Source: Candidatus Methylomirabilota bacterium (lineage in GTDB: Bacteria; Methylomirabilota; Methylomirabilia; Rokubacteriales; CSP1-6). From it: a stretch of 64,000 nucleotides of DNA. Position numbers and translations under genes: made by a program. The notes beneath the pieces were generated by a model. It was not told the origin of the DNA, searched no databases, and worked only from the letters and a program-made list of their open reading frames with translations. Below, piece after piece: positions 57,161 to 64,000 of the stretch. The stretch is taken from NCBI GenBank assembly GCA_046726415.1, contig JBKPAK010000024.1, positions 1-64,000 of the forward strand, read 5' to 3'. Within the stretch, counting starts at the first letter, position 1. Each line of letters opens with the position of its first letter.

Positions 57161-59488
57161 ATGGCCATCGTCATGAAGACCACGCGCGAGGTCAAAGGAA
57201 TCGGGCTCGCCATCCCGCGCCCGGATGGCCCGGAGAAGGTCACGGGCAAGGTCCAGTACGTGGCCGACCTCAGACCACGCGGTCTGCTGCACGCGAAGCT
57301 GCTCCGCAGTCCCCATGCCCACGCCCGCATCGTGCGCATCGACACGAGCAAGGCACGGGCCCTCCCCGGGGTGCGAGCCGTCCTGACGGCGGCCGACATT
57401 CCCACCCTGAAGCGGCAGGCCCCGACCCGCGCGCACGCCGTCCTGGCCATCGACCGCGTGGTCTTCGCCGGCCAGCCGGTCGCGGCGGTGGCGGCCGACG
57501 AGGCAGCCATCGCCGAGGAGGCCCTCGACCTCATCGAGATCGAATACGACGTGCTGCCCGCGGCCGTCGATCCGCTCCAGGCCATGAAGCCTGGGGCGCC
57601 GCCGGTGGCCGATGCCGGCACCGAGGCGGATACCAGCGAGGCGCTGGCCCACGCGGCGGTGGCCGTGGCGAAAAGCGACGCGGAACCGGCCAAGGCCGTC
57701 AACGTGTCCCAGCAGTCGCGCCTGCATCGCGGCGATGTGGGCAAGGGCTTCGCCGAATCCGACGTGGTGATCGAGAAGACGTACCGCGTGCCGATGGTCC
57801 ACCAGGGATATCTCGAGCCACATGCGGTGCTGGCCGAGTGGGACCGCTCGGGAATCCTCACCCTGTGGGCAAGCACCCAGGGCTCGTTCAACACCCGCTC
57901 CGAAGTGGCGGACGTGCTCGGGCTATCCGAGAACGACATCCGCGTCATCCCGGTGGAGTGTGGCGGTGGCTTTGGCGGGAAGATCCGGGCGCTGTGCGAA
58001 CCCATCACGGCGGTCCTGGCCAAAGTGACGAACCGGCCGGTGCGCTATGTGATGACCCGGCGCGAGGAGCTGGAAGCGGGAATGCCCGCACCCCAAGTGA
58101 TCATCTGGCTCAAGACCGGGGTGAAGCGCGACGGCACGCTGATGGCCCTGCAAGCGGAGACCGTCCTCGAGTCCGGTGCCTTCTCCGGCACGGTGCTCGC
58201 CGTGAGCGCGGTCTTCCTCGGCAGCCTGTACAAATGGCCCGCCTTCGACATCAAAGGCTGCGAGGTCCTCACGCACAAGCCGAGCGTGGCGGCCTATCGC
58301 GCACCAGTTGCCCCGCAGACGATCTTTGCCATCGACTCTCACATGCAGCACGTGGCGCGCACGCTGGGGCTCGACCCCGTCGAGTTCCGGTCCCGTCATC
58401 TGATGCGCGAGGGCGACCCGATGGCCAACAACCAGCCCTGGCAAAACAATGGCGCTCACGAGGTGCTGCGCCGGGTCGCCGACCATCCGCTCTGGAAAAG
58501 CCGTGCGGAGTGGGCGGCCAGCGGGGGCAAGGATGGGCATGGCCAGCGGGGGACCGGCTTCGCGCTCGGCGGATGGCTGGGCGGGCTGCAGCCCACCGGG
58601 GCCACCGTGCGCCTCAATCCCGACGGCTCACTCAGCGTGCTCACCGGCCAGGTCGACATCGCCGGCACCAACATTGCGCTGGCCCAGATCGCCGCCTCCG
58701 CCTACGGCGTCGACATCGACCAGGTGAAGATCACCACCGGCGACACCGATGTCGCACCGGTCACCGGGCTCAGCGCCGGAAGCAAGACGGTCTATACGGT
58801 CGGTGTGGCCGTGCTGGAGGCCGCCAAGGACGCCCGCCAACAGACGTTCGATATTGCCGCCAAGGAGCTGGAGGCCTCGACCCACGATCTCGAGATGGAA
58901 GACGGTCGCGTGTTCGTCAAGGGCTTCCCGGACAAAGCGATCACCCTCGCCCAGATCGGCAAGAAGGGTAATCTCTACATGTCGAAGACGCCTCCCGTGC
59001 TCGGGGTGAGCCGCCCGGCCTTCTCCCAGCAGGCGCCGGCCTTCGCGGCCCAGCTGGCGCGCATCGAGATCGACTCCGATACCGGAGAGCTGACCTTGCA
59101 CGACTTCATGGTTGTGCAGGATGTCGGTCGGGCCATCAATCCCCTCGGGGTGGAAGGCCAGATGCAGGGCGGCGCCGTGCAGAGTCTCGGCATGGCACTC
59201 ACCGAGGCTTTGACCTACGACGAGAACGGCAGGCTCACAAACCCGAGTCTGCTCGACTATCGCAAGCTGACCGCGGCCGATCTCCCGAATATCGAAACCA
59301 TCATCGTCGAGGTACCGTCACCGGCCGGTCCGTTTGGCGCGCGCGGCGTGGGCGAGCCGCCGATTGTCCCGGCGCCGGCGGCCATCGCCAACGCGATCGA
59401 GGACGCCACCGGGCTCCGGATCACCGAGCTGCCCCTCACGCCAGAGCGGATCGCGCTGGAGCTCGCGCACCGACAGCAGCCCGGCTGA
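57161..59488 (+). CDS. xanthine dehydrogenase-family molybdopterin-binding subunit (not CO dehydrogenase)
   Basis: HQGYLEP, GGGFGGK, AYRAP, QMQGG, catalytic Glu in GVGEPP. Confidence 0.95.
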   Translation: MAIVMKTTREVKGIGLAIPRPDGPEKVTGKVQYVADLRPRGLLHAKLLRSPHAHARIVRIDTSKARALPGVRAVLTAADIPTLKRQAPTRAHAVLAIDRVVFAGQPVAAVAADEAAIAEEALDLIEIEYDVLPAAVDPLQAMKPGAPPVADAGTEADTSEALAHAAVAVAKSDAEPAKAVNVSQQSRLHRGDVGKGFAESDVVIEKTYRVPMVHQGYLEPHAVLAEWDRSGILTLWASTQGSFNTRSEVADVLGLSENDIRVIPVECGGGFGGKIRALCEPITAVLAKVTNRPVRYVMTRREELEAGMPAPQVIIWLKTGVKRDGTLMALQAETVLESGAFSGTVLAVSAVFLGSLYKWPAFDIKGCEVLTHKPSVAAYRAPVAPQTIFAIDSHMQHVARTLGLDPVEFRSRHLMREGDPMANNQPWQNNGAHEVLRRVADHPLWKSRAEWAASGGKDGHGQRGTGFALGGWLGGLQPTGATVRLNPDGSLSVLTGQVDIAGTNIALAQIAASAYGVDIDQVKITTGDTDVAPVTGLSAGSKTVYTVGVAVLEAAKDARQQTFDIAAKELEASTHDLEMEDGRVFVKGFPDKAITLAQIGKKGNLYMSKTPPVLGVSRPAFSQQAPAFAAQLARIEIDSDTGELTLHDFMVVQDVGRAINPLGVEGQMQGGAVQSLGMALTEALTYDENGRLTNPSLLDYRKLTAADLPNIETIIVEVPSPAGPFGARGVGEPPIVPAPAAIANAIEDATGLRITELPLTPERIALELAHRQQPG

Positions 59489-59522
59489 ACCCTTCATCCT
59501 GGCGAGCTGGGCGCTGGGCGCG

Positions 59523-61334
59523 TCAGACGCGGAGGGCGTCCTCCTCGATCTCCAGGGCCCGGATGGTCTCCGCCGTGGGCACTCCCGTGTCGGAATCCCA
59601 GCCCTGCTCGACGTAGTACTCGGTAACGATCGCCGCCTGCTGGGCCTCCGTGAGCCCCACGTGCTTGGGCAGCGGATCGGAAAAGCGCTTCGGCAGCCGG
59701 TCGTCGGCCCGGGTGAAGCCCTCGCGTTGATTGAAGAGTCGCGCCAAGGTGAGTCCCCGGCGGGCCGTAGTGGCCATCTCCTCCGGCGTCGCCCCCCAGC
59801 CAGTCACCGCGTTCAGGATATCGAGGGATTGGGCGTCGTCGTAGGCCAGGAAGTGACAGATCCCGACCTGGTTGCGCAGCCCATTGCGCGCCCCGCTCTG
59901 CCGCATGTGATCGCCCCCGGTGGGCGCCAGGAGATACGACGCCCGCATCACCGGCATGTGACGGGGATCGTGCATGGCCATCTCCATGCCCTTCACCGTG
60001 GTGAGGAACGCCTCCGAGCCGCGCCCGATCCGCTGCGCCGCCCGCTGAGATCCCTCGGCGAGGAGATCGCCGACCCCTCGCCGATAGGCGATCATCTCGA
60101 TGAGCTTCACCACGCCGTCGGCGTCGTGGAAGTGCAGCGGGAAGCCGTCCGTGTCGTCGAGGGTGAGGAGGCCGTGCTCGAAGCACTCCATGGCCCAGGC
60201 GATGGTGGCGCCCATCGAGACGGTGTCGAGACCGAGGTAGTTCGACATCTCGTTGGACTTGCAGACGGCGATGAGATCGTCGAGCCCGAGATTGACACCG
60301 AGCGCGGCCAGCGATTCGTACTCGGGGCCGCCGTACTTCGGATCCACCCGGTAGCGTCCCTTGGGGTCGAAGGCCACCCGCACCTTCCCGCCATACAGGC
60401 TCTCGGCCTGGCGCGCCACCTCCTCCTTTTCCTCGATGTGCACGACCTTCTTGCAGCGCACCGAGCAGGCGTAGCAGGCCTTCATCTGCACCCGCACCTG
60501 GTCCCGCACGGCAATGGCGTCGATCTTGGCCACGTGCTCGAACGCGCCCTGGCGATAGTTCAGGGTGGGCATGCCGCCCTCGAGATTCTTGCCCTGCATG
60601 GCCGCCCCGGTGCCGAACTCGTGGAAGGCCCGGTGGTTCTGGTCCATGGTGGACGAGACCCATTTGGCCACGGCGGTGAGTCCCTTGGGGTCGGCGATCT
60701 TCACCGGGATCTTGCCCCGCACGGCGATGGCCTTGAGCCGCTTCGACCCCATGACCGCGCCGAGGCCCGTACGGCCGGCCACCTCATTCAGGTCGTTGGC
60801 GATGCAGGCGAAGCGCACGAGGTTCTCGCCGCCCGGGCCGATCTGGGCGACCCGGATGCGGGGATCGCCCAGTTCCTCGATGATCGCTTCCTCCACCTCG
60901 CCGGTGATGCGCCCCCAGAGATGCGCGGCGTCGCGGATCTCCACCGCGCCGTCGCTGATCCAGAGGTATACCGGCGTTGGCGACACGCCGTGGACGACGA
61001 TGCCATCCCAGCCCGCGCGCTTCAGCTCGGCGCCCCAGAAGCCGCCGGACTCCGATTCGCCGAAGCCGCCGGTGAGGGGCGACTTGGCCCCCACGCTGTG
61101 ACGTCCGGCCCCCGGCACAGGAGCGCCCGTCAGCACGCCTGCGGCAAAGATCAGAATGCTGTCCGGGCCGAGCGGGTCGGCGCCCTTGGGGACGTACTTC
61201 AGCAGATAGTGGGCGATCGTACCTCGCCCCCCTCCGTAGCGGCGAAAGAAGGCGTCGCCCGGCTCCTCGATCCACGTGGTCTGGTCGGACAGGTTCACGT
61301 GCAGCATCTTGTTCCAGTACCCGAATCGATCCAT
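59523..61334 (-). CDS. aldehyde:ferredoxin oxidoreductase family (tungstopterin) enzyme
   Basis: KSPLTGG, AGRTGLGAVMGSK, CYACSVRC, GPEYES, GLDT, HDPR, GDH. Confidence 0.95.
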   Translation of the reverse strand: MDRFGYWNKMLHVNLSDQTTWIEEPGDAFFRRYGGGRGTIAHYLLKYVPKGADPLGPDSILIFAAGVLTGAPVPGAGRHSVGAKSPLTGGFGESESGGFWGAELKRAGWDGIVVHGVSPTPVYLWISDGAVEIRDAAHLWGRITGEVEEAIIEELGDPRIRVAQIGPGGENLVRFACIANDLNEVAGRTGLGAVMGSKRLKAIAVRGKIPVKIADPKGLTAVAKWVSSTMDQNHRAFHEFGTGAAMQGKNLEGGMPTLNYRQGAFEHVAKIDAIAVRDQVRVQMKACYACSVRCKKVVHIEEKEEVARQAESLYGGKVRVAFDPKGRYRVDPKYGGPEYESLAALGVNLGLDDLIAVCKSNEMSNYLGLDTVSMGATIAWAMECFEHGLLTLDDTDGFPLHFHDADGVVKLIEMIAYRRGVGDLLAEGSQRAAQRIGRGSEAFLTTVKGMEMAMHDPRHMPVMRASYLLAPTGGDHMRQSGARNGLRNQVGICHFLAYDDAQSLDILNAVTGWGATPEEMATTARRGLTLARLFNQREGFTRADDRLPKRFSDPLPKHVGLTEAQQAAIVTEYYVEQGWDSDTGVPTAETIRALEIEEDALRV

Positions 61335-61350
61335 AGGTCCTCCCGGAGGA

Positions 61351-61620
61351 TCCGCCTTCCATGGGACTGAGGAGCATCACGTCAGCGCCGTCGCGAAGCA
61401 CGTCGCCGCGGTCGGCCAGCTCTCCGTTGACCCCCACGGTGACGTCATAGGCCGCCTCGACGCCGATGGTGTCGAGGAGATCGCCCACGGTCGAGCCGGG
61501 GGGCAGGGTGTAGCGCTGCGGGCCATCGGCGCCGCGCGGGAGAAACCGGCGCAGGTCGGCAAACAGCGTCACGCTCACGGTGATGGACGAAGCCTGGGTC
61601 CGGGGCGTCGGAGTCGGCAT
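61351..61620 (-). CDS. MoaD/ThiS ubiquitin-like sulfur carrier; no stop after Gly-Gly (ORF continues to 60784)
   Basis: VTLFADLR..TVGDLL..VNG..LRDGADVMLLSPMEGG. Confidence 0.85.
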
Positions 61621-61720
61621 GTCGTGGACTCGTCGCGTGGTAGGCATCTTACTCGACTTCATCCCACCGAGCGACCTGCCCTAGAATCGAGCGGCGGTTC
61701 ATCACTCGCGGAGGATCTTC

Positions 61721-62302
61721 ATGGCGCCACCTGTCGACCCCAACGTGCTGCTCATGACCGGCGAGAACTCCTTCATCCGTCTGAGCAAAGACGGCGGGAA
61801 GACCCCGTCCGACCGCTTCAGCCACTGGCGCGTGCTCTGGTGCCCGGCCGGACCGGGGCACACGCTCTTCGTCCAGAGCGAGCTGTCCGGCGGCCAGGTG
61901 CGCATCTACGCCGACAACGCCGCGGTGGCGCGCTGGCTGCAGAGTGCCATCGAGACGCTGCTCCATCCGCCATTTGCGGACGCGAGCCTGCCCATCATCG
62001 ACGCCACCTTCGAGCGGGCCGGCGATCCACGCTCGGCGGCCACCGAACGCGTGGTGTCAGCGGACGCCGACATTCTGCTGACCTGGTACGACTTCATCGA
62101 GGGCTTCGTCCTCAACGCACCACCCGGTTTCAACAACCGGCCCATCGGCGTCTTCTCGACGTTCTTTCCCGCGCGCTCGGCCCAGGTCTGCCTGAACGGC
62201 CGGTTTGCCGAAGGCAAGCCGTGGCTGGAGATGCGAGGCGACCGGCAGGGCTCGAGCGCCTGCCTCGCCTGGTCGGAGACGTGGGTGAAGCCGCGCGGGT
62301 AG
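61721..62302 (+). CDS. hypothetical protein
   Basis: 193-aa ORF, RBS GGAGG, TAGAAT upstream, GC3-rich codons. Confidence 0.8.
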   Translation: MAPPVDPNVLLMTGENSFIRLSKDGGKTPSDRFSHWRVLWCPAGPGHTLFVQSELSGGQVRIYADNAAVARWLQSAIETLLHPPFADASLPIIDATFERAGDPRSAATERVVSADADILLTWYDFIEGFVLNAPPGFNNRPIGVFSTFFPARSAQVCLNGRFAEGKPWLEMRGDRQGSSACLAWSETWVKPRG

Positions 62303-62334
62303 GGCGCGGCTCAGGCGACACGCGGGCGCTGCGC

Positions 62335-62363
62335 TTGACGCGTCCGCCAAGCTCATCTAACTT
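62335..62363 (+). promoter_or_regulatory. putative sigma-70 promoter of ilvE
   Basis: TTGACG-17-TAACTT; RBS AAGGAGG follows. Confidence 0.55.
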
Positions 62364-62395
62364 CGCCCCCGAGCGGTAAGGAGGAGGCCAAACCC

Positions 62396-63322
62396 ATGGC
62401 AGAGCTGAAGATCTGGATGGACGGAAAGCTGGTGCCTCAGGCGCAGGCGGTGTTGCCCGTGAACACGGCCGCCGTCTTCTACGCCAGTAACGTGTTCGAG
62501 GGCCTGCGCGCCTACTGGAACGAGGCCGACGAGGAGTTGTACTGCTTCCGTCTGGACGAGCACTTCGCGCGGCTGCGCGAATCCATGAAGATGATGCGCT
62601 TCACCGTGCCGTACAGCGACACCGACCTGCACGCGGCCGTCCACGAGGTGCTGGCTGGCAACCAGGTGCGCGAGGACATCCACATGCACATGGTCGCCTA
62701 CGTCCTGGGAGCTGGCCTGGAAGCCACCTCCCCGACTGGGCTCTACATCAACCCGCGGCGGCGCGGGCGTCTGACCGAGGGCAGCGGGCTGCACTGCTGC
62801 GTCAGCTCGTGGGCACGCACCAACGACAACGCCATCCCCATCCGCCTCAAATGCGGCGCCAACTACCAGAACGGCCGGCTCGCCATCCTGCAGGCCAAGG
62901 CCGACGGCTACGACGCCCCCATCTTGCTGAATCAGCAGGGCAAGGTGGCCGAGGGAACGGGCGCGACGTTCTTCATGGTGCGCAAGGGCAAGCTGGTCAC
63001 CCCACCCATCACCAGCGACATCCTGGAATCGATCACGCGCACCACCCTCATCGAATCCATCTGCCCGGATATGCTGGGCATGGAGGTCGTGGAGCGCGAG
63101 ATCGACCGGACCGAGCTGTATGTCGCCGAAGAAGCGTTCCTCTGCGGCAGTGGCTACGAGATCACGCCGATCCTCTCGATCGACCGCTTTGCGATGAGCG
63201 CTGGCCAGGGGGTGGGACCGATCACCCAGAAGCTCCTCACCGCGTACATGAACATCGTCCGCGGAGCGGATAAGCGCTACTCGGAGTGGCGCACGCCGGT
63301 CTATCGGAAAGCGAACCGATAA
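62396..63322 (+). CDS. ilvE: branched-chain amino acid aminotransferase (class IV PLP)
   Basis: VFEGLRAY, RLDEHFARL, K..ANY, AEGTG, ILESITR, EAFLCG. Confidence 0.88.
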   Translation: MAELKIWMDGKLVPQAQAVLPVNTAAVFYASNVFEGLRAYWNEADEELYCFRLDEHFARLRESMKMMRFTVPYSDTDLHAAVHEVLAGNQVREDIHMHMVAYVLGAGLEATSPTGLYINPRRRGRLTEGSGLHCCVSSWARTNDNAIPIRLKCGANYQNGRLAILQAKADGYDAPILLNQQGKVAEGTGATFFMVRKGKLVTPPITSDILESITRTTLIESICPDMLGMEVVEREIDRTELYVAEEAFLCGSGYEITPILSIDRFAMSAGQGVGPITQKLLTAYMNIVRGADKRYSEWRTPVYRKANR

Positions 63323-63329
63323 CGACGGC

Positions 63330-63352
63330 GGGCCGGTCCATAAGACCGGCCC
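63330..63352. terminator. hairpin between convergent genes
   Basis: GGGCCGGTC-N5-GACCGGCCC. Confidence 0.5.
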
Positions 63353-63366
63353 CATCGGGTGTTCCC

Positions 63367-64000
63367 TCAGGCGGGCGTGAGGAGGCGGCCGGTTGCGGCG
63401 GCGTGCATGCGCCCGCCGTCCACCACGACAGTGCCATTGACCACCACGTACGGAATGCCAGTCGGGTAGCAATGCGGATCCGCGTAGGTCGACTCGTCCT
63501 TCACGGTGGCCGGATCGAACACCGCGATGTCAGCGGCATAGCCAGGCCGTAGCAGCCCGCGCTCCCTGAACCGCAGCCGCTGGGCGGGCATGCCCGTCAT
63601 CTTGTGGATGGCCGTTTCCAGTGAGAAGAGACCGCGCTCGCGCGCGTACTCCCCCAGCACCCGAGGGAATGTCCCGTACATGCGTGGGTGGGGCTTGCCG
63701 GGGCGCGGCCCCTCGCCCTCCGAGAGGCCAATGGAGTCGGAGCCGATCATGATGGCGGGATGCGCGAGGACCTTGGCCACGTTTTCGAGATTTTGCGAGA
63801 ACGACACCATGCCCACGGTCGCCTTCTGGTCGAGCAGCAGGTCCATCAGGGCCTCGGCCGGTGTCCCGCCGGTCAGCCGGGCGAGGGCGGCCAGGGTGAG
63901 GCCCTCCAGCTCGTGGCGACGGCAGGTGGCGATCTGGATCTCATCGAAACCGACGGCCCCCTGCGAGAGGGTCCCCCAGCGCTCGCCGTCGACCAGACAC
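63367..64000 (-). CDS. N-acyl-D-amino-acid deacylase family amidohydrolase (5' end outside window)
   Basis: IGSD, PHPRMYGTFPRVLG, KMTGMPA, G..ADIAVFD, VVVNG. Confidence 0.93.
   Translation of the reverse strand, partial: CLVDGERWGTLSQGAVGFDEIQIATCRRHELEGLTLAALARLTGGTPAEALMDLLLDQKATVGMVSFSQNLENVAKVLAHPAIMIGSDSIGLSEGEGPRPGKPHPRMYGTFPRVLGEYARERGLFSLETAIHKMTGMPAQRLRFRERGLLRPGYAADIAVFDPATVKDESTYADPHCYPTGIPYVVVNGTVVVDGGRMHAAATGRLLTPA

Noticed and set aside
55792..59488. Aerobic CO dehydrogenase (coxMSL)
   Set aside because: The active-site loop is AYRAP, not AYXCSFR (form I) or AYXGAGR (form II); no coxDEFG genes nearby
49110..61620. Selenoproteins in the redox/Mo-W cluster
   Set aside because: No in-frame TGA at catalytic positions; MsrB, Tpx, TusA and DsrE all have Cys

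Overview
Very GC-rich bacterial chromosomal segment with about 65 genes and no rRNA, tRNA, CRISPR, phage or transposase signal. The gene families and a dispersed GC-rich palindromic repeat suggest Ca. Rokubacteria/Methylomirabilota (inference, unverified). Housekeeping genes include aroA, glnD, hisC, tmk-holB-ricT-metG...tatD, moaC, msrB, tpx and ilvE. Catabolic genes include an acyl-CoA ligase, two CoA-transferases, two S9 peptidases and P1/M28 peptidases. A Mo/W island (46-61.6 kb) carries Tup and Mod transporters, split ModE regulators, a TusA/DsrE sulfur relay, an XDH-family MSL enzyme, a W-AOR and MoaD. The most notable observations are: (i) a sensor kinase followed by two near-duplicate receiver domains, one on a sigma-54 activator and one on an adenylate cyclase, with the same paired palindromes plus a -24/-12 promoter upstream of both the kinase-activator operon and the cyclase; (ii) a CDP-alcohol phosphotransferase fused through a signal-peptide-like linker to a TPR-lytic transglycosylase; (iii) a ~75-bp palindromic repeat family, one array of which appears to form a gene's N-terminus; (iv) a MoaD with no stop codon after Gly-Gly; (v) many internally deleted or chimeric gene remnants.
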